A stretch of DNA of 64,000 nt from Mytilus californianus (lineage: Eukaryota), in NCBI RefSeq assembly GCF_021869535.1, contig NW_026262679.1:41106001-41170000 (forward strand). The letters run 5' to 3'. Position 1 is the stretch's first letter, and every line of letters begins with the position of its first letter. The notes beneath the pieces are model-generated. The model worked only from the letters and a program-made list of their open reading frames with translations, made no database searches and was not told the DNA's origin. Below are positions 11,391 through 22,883 of the stretch, in pieces. The position numbers were made by a program, and so were the translations under genes.

Positions 11391-13252
11391 TAAAATCTTT
11401 AATATAAGCTTAGCGTTTCAGATGAATAATTCAGAACTATTTGGTTTCCCCAGCGCCTATCATTTAGGAGTAACAGTGAAAACTGACCAACTCGCAGTAG
11501 GCCAAATAGTATGGTAGGGTTAGTTGTGTTTATATTTTCTGCTGTACTTTAGGCAATAAAATGGCTCAAAACACGTGTATTCCCTCAAATTTTATTTTAT
11601 TTTTTTTGTTTTGCTTTACAACTTCTTACCATCTGCAATTATGTCGGCAGATGAAATCATTGAACATACATTTTGAACGATCATCTCAGTTAAAATTTAT
11701 CAACTATTTCGGTTGTTATAAATTGTTGGCCTCAAATATTCGGCTTTTGAACGTTCCCGATGAAGGTAGATCCAGAAAAGCGCTTCGGACGCATGCAATT
11801 TTTAACGTTTTGTTTTCATTTTTTATCGATTGCATGACGATCATATGTTGCTTTTTATCATTGATTTCAGTTCAAAGTATTGATACAGTAGGAATACTGA
11901 ATTTATGGTGTCGCAATTAACGTTGTAATTTTCAGCGTGTAAAGCGGGTAGCAGTGTAAAAAAGATATCAACAACCTCCCACATTCGAGGCTAGTGCAAC
12001 GTTCATTGCGACACCATGAATTCAGTATTCCTACCGTACCAATACTTAGAACTGAAATCAATGATGCAAGGCAATATATGATCGTCATGCAATCGATAAA
12101 AAATGATAACAAAACGTTAAAAATTGCATGCGTCCGAAGCGCTTTTCTGAATCTAACTTCATCAGGAATGCTCAAAGCCGAATATTTGAAGGCCAACAAT
12201 TTATAACAACCGAAATAGTTGATAAAAGGTTAAAGATGATCGTTCAAAATGTACATTCAATGATTTCATCTGCCGACATGATTGCAGATAATAAGAAGTC
12301 GTAAAGCAAAAAAAAAAAAAAAATTGAAATTAAATTTGAGAGAATACACATGTATTTAGCCATTTTATTGCTTAAATTTCAGTAGAAAATATATACATAC
12401 TCAACCCTACCATACTAATTGGCCTACTGCGAGTTGGTCAGTATTCACTGTTACTTCTAAATGATTGGCGCTGGGGAAACCAAATAGTTTTGAATTATTC
12501 ATCTGAAACGCTAAGCTTATATTAGAGATTTTTTTAACCGTAAATCAACTTGTTTGAGGCAGGTTTAAATAGGTTTAAATTTATTTTTTTTTCTCAATTG
12601 ATGCAAAACTTTAAAAATTTCAGGATACTGTTATCGCAATTGATGTCCCATTTGTTTAAAAAAAAAAACCGACTTCTTCTTTAAATTATTTATTTTGCAA
12701 TTTAGAATGATTTGATATATTTCGTGCTTTTTATTCCTAACTAAGAATGATCATAATCAGAGCCGTGTTTCTTGTTTTAAAATGAATTCTCCGCTTTTGA
12801 GAAAAATTTATTTTGCTATCCAATTTTTCACTGCTTACAACTGTCTGCCTCTGTTTTTATTTTATACATTAACTTTTAAATAATAGTTACTGTTCATTTC
12901 ATTTCATTTTCGTTTCTGTTCGTTTTGTTTCGTTTCGTTCCGCTTTTATTCCATTTCGCACTTTACAGGTACCCCTGTTTTCGCCCGTTTTCTATTTTTG
13001 ATATCTTGATCAAAATTCTGAAAAATCAAACTTTCAAAAAGCGAAATAATCAAAACTGCCCGTTAAGTTTAGAACTTTTAAAGTTTGATCAAATATCTAA
13101 ACTATCAAATTTAAAAACGATATTTAGAATTTTATAATTTAATTATTTGATGAAAATTTGGAATTTTTAAATTTAAAACTTTGATCAAAATTCCAAAAAT
13201 CTAAAACTTGAAAACTTTTTTAAATTTTAAATTGATAAGAGTTACACGACCC
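11391..13252. mobile_element. Second, left-truncated copy of the foldback element
   Basis: Lacks the outer ~720 bp of the left arm; keeps the spacer, the full right arm and ATCAA at 13253-13257. Confidence 0.88.
12130..12171 (-). ncRNA. Hammerhead motif copy with intact core but weakened stems I and II
   Basis: Minus strand GCAUUC CUGAUGA AGUUAGAUUCA GAAA AGCGCU UC|GGACGC. Confidence 0.5.
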
Positions 13253-13349
13253 ATCAAGGTTTCCTGAAATGATGTTTCATCATATGTCGTTAGGACGTTT
13301 GACTAAGATGTTCAATTTAGTATTAATGGAGTAAATAATAATTACTTAC

Positions 13350-13691
13350 CATTATTGGTAAGTACATGCAGCACATGTACAAAAGTAAGATTCACTTCGC
13401 ACGTATCAAATCCATAGAACAATTTATACGTCTTGTTAACATCTGTATCTGTCAGGTTGTGTATGACGAGAGTGTACGCATCTGATCCTATCACCTCGGT
13501 GAGTTTATTTTCGAAGTCGCTGTCAACATGTAACCCGTCATACATCAAACTTTGATGTTCAGTATTTTTAAAGTCACTCCTAGTCCAACGACGTCCTATA
13601 TCATGTGTAACTTCTGATACATTTGCTGTTATGTTTACATCTTCTCCAAACAACGGAGTCGGCTTAATTTCTAAGCTGTAGCATAACGCAC
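13350..13691 (-). CDS. Ig-TM receptor A, Ig-like exon copy 2
   Basis: Same splice sites as copy 1, 342 nt; by eye differs by three synonymous changes and one in-frame 3-nt indel (DLN vs DFKN). Confidence 0.8.
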
Positions 13692-14020
13692 CTTCAACGG
13701 AAAGAAACATATCCTTATTCAGGACTTTTTTTACTATGGTACATTCTTATTTTTATTCAATGGGCTATTAAAATTTAATATTTAAATCAAGAAAAGTAAA
13801 TATGCAATAAATGTGCAACGACAATAGGACAATGGTGAAAATGTGAGTAAAATAAAACTTATTCCAAAGATACTGCACTTGTAATCCCATCTGATGCCTG
13901 ATTCAATATATGCGCGATTCATTTTTTACCAGATTAAAACTTTTTCATTTGATTCAATGTTTCCTGGTTCACTCTAGATTTCAGAATTGTTTTACTCTAA
14001 ATTCAGTGTTCCCGGTTAAG

Positions 14021-14023
<3 letters not shown>

Positions 14024-14068
<45 letters not shown>
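14024..14068. repeat. (CT)n microsatellite
   Basis: Pure CT dinucleotide run. Confidence 0.95.
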
Positions 14069-14071
<3 letters not shown>

Positions 14072-14299
14072 CACACATCTCCACCAAAATATTGGGTTAA
14101 ACAAATTGGTGGTGTCTCAGGTTTCTTAAAGTTTTGTGTGATATTGAATAAAAAGGATAATCTCCATGTCAAAAGTTCACCCTCAAACCCAGTTGGAGTA
14201 TTTTTAGTCAAGAAAACATCAGTAATTGTGAAAATAATTGGGTATCTTATACACAATTTTACACTCTCAATTATACTTGAAGATACAAGAAAAACTTAC

Positions 14300-14358
14300 C
14301 ACAGTCCATCTTTCGGATTGAAACAACCAACAGCAAAATATTGACGACAGCATGATTC
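14300..14358 (-). CDS. Candidate signal-peptide exon of receptor A (NHAVVNILLLVVSIRKMDC)
   Basis: Acceptor ttttttgttgacag, strong donor G|gtaagt, phase 1 end joins the Ig exon to give ...MDC-GALCYS; the start codon would need an upstream exon that was not found. Confidence 0.5.
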
Positions 14359-14803
14359 CTGTCAACAAAAAAATATAAGCGTATACAGTAGTTAACTTCT
14401 CTATTGTGACTGTCACACTCAGAAATCGTGTGAACAAATGAAATCCAACAACCTTTATGGCGTGAAATAAAGGTAAAAAGATTAGCTCTGTTTATGTCAA
14501 TTGAGCTTGAATGTCACAAAGTTAAACGTTTATTTGCTTCAAAAAAATTAAGTTATATTTACTTTTCAACTTCTAAGATTGTCCTCTCTCTCGATCTACA
14601 AGTCGATTGTGGTGTATGTGGGGTTTTTTTTGTGCTATTTTCGGTTTGTTGCTTCTCCGCTTTCAATGATAATGGATTTAACTAGTTTCGACCCACTGAT
14701 GCATTTTATTATCAAACTGATTTTGGTAATTTGCTAATTGTAAACGAAGGAACTCTGTAAGCCAGTTTTAGATGATTTAGTTATTCGGCTTATTCCATTT
14801 TAT

Positions 14804-15910
14804 TAGATCACCTGGCCCAAAGTGCCAGTGTAAGTTTTTCCCATCACTTGGCGTCTGTCGTCGTGGTCAGTCGTCCGTTTTATTTGTTAACTTTTATAAG
14901 AATCATCTCTTCTGAAACTACTGGGCCAAAAACCAAACTTGGCCACAATCATCATTGGGATATCTTGTTTTTAAAAATGTGTCCAATGACCCCGCCTGCC
15001 AACTAACATGGCCAACATGGCTAAAATAGAACATAGGAGTAAAATGCAACTTTTGTATATTATCTTGAAAACCACTATAGATATAGAAAGTTTGAGAGGG
15101 CAAAACAGTTCAGAATGATGAGATCTATCTTCTTTCAATTTACCTCATAACTGCCTAACTTGTAGGAGTCATTGCCCTTAAATGACGGATTTTACCAATT
15201 ATGTTTTTTATCATTTTTGCCTATCATTTCAAAAATTATAATAGATAGATATAAACTTCATTTGCAAAAATGAATACCAAGACAAGATCTACAAAATAGT
15301 CAACATGGCAGAAATCCTTAGTCGGCTCTTTATTGGAGTAATTGCCCTTTAATGACGATATTAATTTTCTATTTTTTTTTGCGCTTTTGCCTATTATCTT
15401 GAAAACTATGAAAGATATATAGAAACTTTAAATGTAAAAATGATCAGTAAGACAAGATCTACAAGTAAGTCAATATTGCAGAAATCGTCAGTTGGCTCCT
15501 TAAAGGAGTTATCGCCCTTGAATGACGATTTTTACCAGTTTTTGCGTTTTTGCCTATTATTTTGAAACTATAATAGATAGAGAGAATTTTAGAGAGCAAA
15601 GGTGATCCACAAGGCAAGATCAACAAATAAGCTGATAAAGCTAAAATCGTTGGTCTACTCTTTATATGCGTAAGTTCCCTTATATCACAATGTTTACCAA
15701 TTCTTTGAGTTTTTGTCTATTATTTTGAAAATTAAACTATAATAGATAGATAGAAATTTTAACAACCAAAAATGATCATCAAGACAAGATCTGTAAATCG
15801 GTCAGTTGTCTTCTAATGTTGTTATTGCCCTTAAATGACGATATATTTTTTTACTCATTTTGGTGTTTTGGCCAAAAACTATCGATAAGATTAAGACTGT
15901 AAACAGAGAA
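14804..15910 (+). mobile_element. Helentron-like non-autonomous element with ~165-bp internal tandem repeats
   Basis: Starts TTAGATCACCTGGCCC...CATCACTTGGCGTCTGTCGTCGT; about five degenerate repeats containing TTGCCCTTAAATGACG and AAGACAAGATCTAC. Confidence 0.6.
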
Positions 15911-15959
15911 AATTAAAATGTCAATTGTTCACGAACAATAGCAATTGTTCGTGAACAAT

Positions 15960-16880
15960 TGAGAGGTCTTTCCTTTTCGAAATGGAAAACATATGTATAA
16001 ATAGATGTAAAATGCATTGAAAAGCATTAAACACACATAAAACCCTTTAAATAAGGTCAAAAACACATAATTTGCTATCTGGGACATGACCTTGACCTTT
16101 GCCTTGTGACCTTTGTCAAGGTCATTGGTGCCCAATATCATTGCTAAAAACCCCATGGGTCTAGGACCTTTGGTTTAAAAGTAAAACCTAATTTTGTCTT
16201 TTCAGAAACCGTTAACGGGGGGGGGGGGGGGGGGGGGGCGGGTATGCCCCTTACGGCAAGGTCAAATCTCTTCGGTCAAAATGTAACAAAGTTGCGCCTT
16301 AATGACCCAAACATTTTCCACTATTCAAGACTTCTGTAAGTATAATGGTTTCTGAGATTATCCCACAACAAGGTGTAAGGTAAAAGGTCAAGGTCAACGT
16401 CCAAATTTGACCTTAGGACATTTTCAAGGTCGCATGAATTGATGATCATTAGTGAAAATCCTAGGTGGCTACGACTTACGGTTTCTGAGTTTTAGTGGCC
16501 AACCGACATCGGTTAATTTTTAAAGGGGCATAACTCAACCAATGAGTCATTGAATCTTTTCGATCCAAATGTAAAAAGAACCAGGCTCTGGTCCTGAACA
16601 AATAGCGTTCGTTTTTTTTCTACCTCTTACGGTTACGGTGTTCATCCCATAACAAGGTTTATAGGTTTCGGGCAGATAACTCCGGACCGACAAAATTTAA
16701 CGACTCACAGGGTGAGTTCCGGATAGGTGTTTATGACACCGATACAAAGTGTGAACCCGAAAGCGACATGTCTTACGGTTAAGGCTGGTAACTTCGTCAA
16801 AGTTTGGCGGAAAAAGAATAATAATAATCAGAAGAAATACAGTAAGGTATTTCCCTTTTGGAAAAGGAAAGACCTTAATC
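15960..16880 (-). mobile_element. Helentron-like non-autonomous element with subterminal inverted repeats
   Basis: GGTCTTTCCTTTTCGAAATGGAAA near 15965 versus TTTCCCTTTTGGAAAAGGAAAGACC near 16855; (ATA)n tract near one end; hairpin ATTGTTCACGAACAAT/ATTGTTCGTGAACAAT adjacent at about 15925-15960. Confidence 0.55.
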
Positions 16881-18297
16881 ATAAGCAATATAAGTTCAAC
16901 AAAAAAGAAATTTTAAAGTCACGAATAACATTTTGTCCTACAATGTTCGCGCACTAAAGTCGGTTTCGTACGTTAACATGGTTAATACAACTGGCGAGAA
17001 AAATATATTTTAAGAAATTAGCATAATCACATTGTGCATACGATTTATTTTGTATATTTGGCCTCATACATGATTTGAACGTACCTGTTTAAACATGCGT
17101 TGTGCGCCCTGCAATTTATATTACGTCTATATTATAACTGCATACTGCGCCATCGGATGAATTTTAAAATATGTTTATCAAAAAAAATATCTTACTTTGC
17201 TTTCGGGTGTCAGGTACTTAGCTCAGTGGAAGTTTTAGCTCCTTGTCATGTCGACAACATAAACATGCCACCAACAGCAGAAACAAGATGGGTAAGCCGA
17301 TTAAAAGCAATCTTGAATTAACGGTGCAAAAATGCAATCAATGTATGTCATAAATGATAAACAATAATATTTAATCCCTTGTGCTATAATCTAACTTCCT
17401 TGTTTTGATACACGTAATTGTGTTTGTAAACAGTGATACGCTTGGCTGCATTTTTATCAATATTGAAATATTACATTCGAAAAATGCAATGTTAGCACTT
17501 AACTATTTTTGTTAAGCATTTTTTGGGCGTATGAAAAAAAATAAATTTTTAGTATGGATTGTAAATTGAGGGGTTGTATCAGAGTTGATAAATTCACTCG
17601 AAACTAGGTGAGACATGCGCCGTAGTGATAAAATTGAAAATTGAATATTTTAAGCAACAACAAAAAAAAAGTCCGTAGCATATACCCAAGCGCTATGTTT
17701 TTTTTTCTTCAATATTTTCAACCGAAATCTGCAAATCGAGCGTGGTTTTTATGTGATATCATGTTTCGAAATATTTTTTTTGCGTTTAAGCTATTGGATA
17801 AATGACCCTACCTATTAAGTCGCAAAAATTCTGTCTTAATCATAATGATTAACATTGATGCACATTTTAAATTACTTTTTCCAGTGTTCAACAGTAACTA
17901 ACTATCTGTTTACGTAGTCCTAAGTATGTAAATATATTTATCGGTTTATTTTATACAATCACGATCCAGAAAATTCCCAGCTCAATTGCCGGAAATTTAC
18001 AAAAATGAAAATTTAAAAAAAGATACATTAAATGTAGTTAAAACCGAAGATAGGCGCATGGTAAAAACAATCAAAGCAAATATGTTTACAAAATATTTAT
18101 AGACTGTCCGGTAAAGTCACGGAAAAATGAATTGAAGACGTCTCTGTTTTTCCCAGTATGCATACAACTGTATTTTTTTCTGTTTAATCTTGTCTATTAA
18201 ATAATTGCATAAAATTCTTATATGCTAATGAGGATTTACAAGTAATATAATTAGTGCATTTTCCGCTGACACCAGGGAGAGAATAGTGCACATCCAT

Positions 18298-18412
18298 TGG
18301 CGGATCCAAGGGGGGGGGGGGGGGTCCGTGGGTAGGAACCCCGCTTTTCTAATTTTGTTCCGGGGATTGGAACCAATACCCACCTTTTCAAAATGGCTGG
18401 ATCCCGCGCCTG
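18298..18412. mobile_element. Tiny MITE with GCGGATCC...GGATCC(C)GC termini and a poly-G tract
   Basis: GGCGGATCCAAG at the left end and CTGGATCCCGCGCC at the right end. Confidence 0.6.
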
Positions 18413-18690
18413 ACATCTTTTGGAACTGTGTATAGTGAAAATATCTTTGATAAAAAATTGTAGATTTAATTTACATAATGTTTGAAACTTCATTGTGAAG
18501 CTATCTCTATATACCATGATTAGCAAATACACACTTTGTCACTGTTTCTTTGTATTTATTCTCCAATTAAGAAATTTCGTAATCATGTTAGATCTGCAAA
18601 CGTTTTTGTTTTTTAGTCATTCGACATACAGAATGTATCGTTTAATTCAAGCCAATACCAAAGCACTTATGGTGCCCTTCTTGACGAATA

Positions 18691-19585
18691 GTCCACAAGA
18701 AGCGATACCGACCCAATTGTAATGTAAAAAAATCAACAGCAGTGATACCGATCCAATTGTAATGTAAACATGGTAAATAGTTCACCAGAAGCGATTCCGA
18801 CCTAGCTGTAATGTGAAAAAGATCACCAGAATCGATAATGACACAATTGTAATATTAAAAGTTCACCAGCAGCGATACCGACCAAATACTAATGTAAAAA
18901 GTTCCCCAGAAGCGATACCGACCCAGTTGTAATGTAAAAAAATCACCAGCAGCGATTATGACTCAAATGTAATATAAAAAGATCACCATCAGCAATATCG
19001 AACTAACAGTAATGTAAAAAGTTCACCAGCACCGAGACCGACCTAATAATAATGTACAAAATTCAAAATCAGCGATACCAACCCAATAGTAATGTAAAAA
19101 GTTCACAAGCGGCGATACCAACCAAATAGTAATGTAAATAGTTCACTAGCAGCGATACCGATCCAATTGTAATGTAAATAGTTCCCCAGAAGCAATACCG
19201 ACCCCGTTGTAATGTAAAAAAAAAATTCACCAGAAGCGATAATGACCCAATTGTAATGTAAACAGTTCATTAGCTGCAATACCGACCAAATTGTAATGTT
19301 CAAAAGTTCACCAGCAGCGATACCGACCCAATAGTAATGTAAAAAGTTCACTAGTAGCGATATCGAATCGATAGTAATATAAACAGTTCCCCAGTCGCGA
19401 TACCGAACCAGTTGTAGTGTAAAAAAAGTTCACCAGCACCGATACCGACATAATAATGTAAAACGTTCACCAGCAGCGATACAGAAATAATAGTAATGTA
19501 AAAAATTTACACCAGCAGCTATACCGAACCAATAGTAATGTTAAAAGTTTATCAGCAGCGAAACTGACCCAATTGTAATATTAAT
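18691..19585 (+). repeat. Minisatellite of 22 degenerate ~40-bp units (TTCACCAGCAGCGATACCGACCCAATAGTAATGTAAAAAG)
   Basis: Units counted by eye; head-to-tail with no unique spacers. Confidence 0.95.
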
Positions 19586-20249
19586 AAAAGACGCATGATA
19601 CGATTACGGTGCGTACAACATATGCTCCTGTTATAACCTTAATCACGTACTCTCAAGATCAAAAGTTTCGAATGCGAAATATATACTTGTAATAAGTTTG
19701 AGAACATTAAAACCAAAAGACCTGAAGAGTTGCAATCTTATCTTTTATATCAACTACATTATTCTTATAAACTTATAGATACTGGTTATGTAGCACATAA
19801 ATCAAGTCGAAACCGAAGCACTGGTTACTATGCGAATGGTTCTCTGGGATACTGATAGTTGACCAGCAGTATACTAACCTAGAAGGAAGTAAAAACGAAC
19901 TACATGATTTCCGTGCGTAGATCACTTGTATTTGGATTTATTTTATCATCACCAGGTACACTCGAGACCAAAATTTTAGAAAGTTTGAAGTATATATAAT
20001 TTAAATTTATGTCTATGAATAATTCTGAAAGATAACTTAGTGTTTTAATGTTATGTCGAATCTAATATTGGAAAAGGATTCCCTTGAATAAATCTGTTGT
20101 ACGAGATACCGTGGTCGAATTTTTTTCACTATGTAACAAACTGAGAAATAGTGTGGGTGGACGTGTGTTGTTTCCAATCAAATCAGGGATTTGATGTCCT
20201 AGGTATTGATGTGTAAAAAGCCATCAAAGATACCAGGTTTATGATCAAG

Positions 20250-20297
20250 CATGCCCGATACGTGTTTCGTCCATATAAGACTCATGAGTGGCGCTCG
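20250..20297 (-). ncRNA. Decayed minimal hammerhead of a second family (CUCAUGA GUC-loop-GAC GAAA)
   Basis: Minus strand GAGCGCCA CTCATGA GTC TTATATG GAC GAAA CACGTATC GGGCAT; stem II perfect, core G5 mutated. Confidence 0.5.
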
Positions 20298-20744
20298 AAT
20301 CACAACAGTATGTAAATCAAATCATTAACTCACTTGTTAAAACATTATTTAATATATATTCCAATACACTTATATGGGTTTTTTTTGTGCTTTAGGTCTA
20401 TCTAATTAGTCAAGCCTTTTTCAACTGGTTTTTACAGTTTGTTCTTATGTTGTGCTGTTACACCATTGTCTCAGTTTAGGGGGATTAGCGCTCGCAAACA
20501 TGTTTTACCCGCCACTGTCAGTCTGTGCTTTTCCAAAGTAGTCTGTAAGTCATTGGTTGTATTTGATTGCTGTCTACAGTATTTGCTTTCCAACCCTTAA
20601 TTTAACCTTTGTATATAGAAATATGGTCACCTGGAATTCCCCGTCCGGTAGAAAGACCCATGCTGATAGGCATCAACTTTGCTGTGCGGGGTTCAAATAC
20701 CCATCCTCGTCTGTTCGAAACGGGTGCGTTAAATCCTAGCTTTT

Positions 20745-20775
<31 letters not shown>

Positions 20776-21243
20776 TTGTGCATCTTGCCGATCTGAGGAG
20801 TCGAGCCATTTACAACTTATGTTTACAATTTGTTCTAGTCTTGAGCTGTAACATCACTGTCCCAAGTTAGGAAGTTGACCGCTCACAAACCCGCGCGCCA
20901 CATTCTTTATGTGCCTATTTAAATCAAATCCAAGATTATTCATTGTATTACATTAAATACCTCACCTTCATAAATTTAGATATCAGTCAACTCGCTGCAT
21001 TGTTCAACCGGAAACCAGCCAGAAAACAGAACTATACCCCTGTGACAACCTCTCCCACCTGACGCAAACGCGCCATAACCCTTCATCTTTTTTCCGGTTC
21101 CATGGTTCATGCTGCACGCTTTTGAGAAGGAAAACGTTTTTTGCTTAACCACGTTGTTTCTTAATAGAAAAATTATAGTTATATTATTTTGTAATATCAT
21201 TTTGTATTATTTATTTGTTTTATTCGGATAATTTATCTGTATA

Positions 21244-22779
21244 ATGGCTGATAAAACACCAACTTTGTCAACGCAAGAGGTAAGTGACACACACACACAC
21301 ACAAGTGCCAGTGGTTTGTTGTCCCCTTGGCGTTCGGCCACTCATTCGGATGAGTTTTGGGATAGAAGTATGGAGTTTATCCCTGGTGTGTCTGGTGTAA
21401 GTCTGGCACTTCTGGTGCTAGTCAGTTGAGGTTATCTAGGCCTAGCAGGGTATCACATACCGTAACTAGGCCTGCTGAGATACCAATCTCTCCTGTTTCT
21501 TGCACGACAAGTATCCAGGAGACGCTACCAGCTGGCATCAGGAGTGACCCCTCTTCCAGGACTAGGTGGCCTATGAATTTTGCTGTTAACGCAAAATTCA
21601 TTGAGTTTGGTAACAGAATTACCCTTATGAAGTCTAGGGGTCTGTCTCAGGATCCTCCACAGGACCCTTCCAGACCTTCTAGACATCTGGTGGAAGATGA
21701 TTCTGTTTCCTTGGCTTCCAGAAGCCAAGAAGGTAACTTTCTTGAAGACCAAGGTGCTTCTTCTGATAATGACAGTGTTGGGAGCACAGAGGGAGATGCT
21801 ATGATTTCGAAGGAGCCTTCTTCAGGCAACCCCTCTGAATGTCTTAGGAGTCTAGTTTATTCTATTCGTAGGGATATGTCGGATATACCCTAGTCTTCTC
21901 CACCAAGGGTTTCGTCTGCCCCTTCAGATTTTATGGCTTGCTCTGGTTTAGTCAAACCAAATTTGAAGGGGTATCATTCTTTTCCAGAGTCGGGTCATTT
22001 CACAACAGCTTTGTCTTTGTTAACTCGTCTTTGGTTGAGAACCATGCTTACACTAGCAAAACTGGTGGTAATAAGTTCTCTGGTTTCGGACCTGCCTCTT
22101 ACCCAGGGAGATGTAGATCTAAGGACTTTGATATTCGTGGATCTTCCTTTGGAATGTCGGCTCCTACTGTGATAAGGCTTATTCTGGTTTACTGGGTTTG
22201 AAACCTGTGGACGGTCTCAGACTTTCTCAAGCTTCATATGTCAAGTCGGAGAATAATCTGAGGTGTCTTACTTTTGTTCTTGAGACAGCTGAACACTATT
22301 TGTCGGCAGCTGGGTCTCTTTTAAAGGACAAAGGGGAGGAATTTTCAGACTTGAATTCTATGCTTCTACAGGTAGACAAGAGTCTTGGAATGTCTCAATT
22401 CCTTCTTCATGGCACCTTGGCCAATTTTACTCTTGCTAGGAGACAGGCGATTCTTGCATCATCGACTATCACTGAAGCTCTCCAGCAGAGACTTCTGAGT
22501 TATTCTCTGTCTAAGGACAAGTTGTTCTCTGTTTCCTTGGATCAGCTACAGGAGGAGGTGAATAAGGCTCCTCCTGTTGTCAAGGTGGATGTTAAGGTCA
22601 CTGATGGGAAAAGATTTGTCAAGACTATTCAGATTAACAATCCTTCTTCCTCTCATCAGCCCAAGGCTTCTTCTTCCTCTTCTTCTTCACAGCCTATGAA
22701 GAGATCAGCTGTTTCTCGTCCTAACCTTTCAGATGGCAAGAAAGCCAAAGTTGTAAAGGGTAAGAAGCAGGGTAAGTGA
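21244..22779 (+). pseudogene. DIRS ORF1 (gag-like), interrupted
   Basis: Ser-rich ORF segments 21244-21429, 21426-21893 and 22198-22779 lie between the left ITR and the RT; assignment is positional. Confidence 0.6.
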
Positions 22780-22883
22780 TGTGTTGTCCCCTCCGTTAAA
22801 TCCATCCCCACTGGAAGAGGAAAATTTTACAACTCCTCTTCCTCATCTTACAGTGGGGACAGGCTTTCTTACTTTCTAGATCA

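Larger units (their letters stand above)
8791..14001. repeat. Tandem duplication, two ~2.6-kb units (8791-11390 and 11391-14001), each holding most of the foldback plus one Ig exon
   Basis: Unit 2 restarts at TAAAATCTTTAATATAAGCTTAGCG (11391), matching 8791; both units end in GAATTGTTTTACTCTAAA; the ORF track shows paired near-identical ORFs about 2.6 kb apart. Confidence 0.92.

Noticed and set aside
13981-14256. Minus ORF containing WRLSF, reminiscent of Mab-21/cGAS-like proteins
   Set aside because: Only a 5-residue match, the ORF runs into a (GA)n microsatellite, and it lies inside the predicted first intron.
16217-16238. Poly-G run
   Set aside because: Simple homopolymer within a repeat element; no further structure.
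18691-19585. Possible CRISPR array
   Set aside because: Units are head-to-tail with no unique spacers, no cas genes, eukaryotic context.
20605-20740. Possible tRNA-derived SINE head (GGGGTTCAAATACC resembles a B box)
   Set aside because: No convincing A box or cloverleaf by eye; would need tRNAscan-SE or a Dfam search.
20976-21829. Minus-strand ORFs inside the DIRS element
   Set aside because: Antisense shadows of the plus-strand DIRS coding region.
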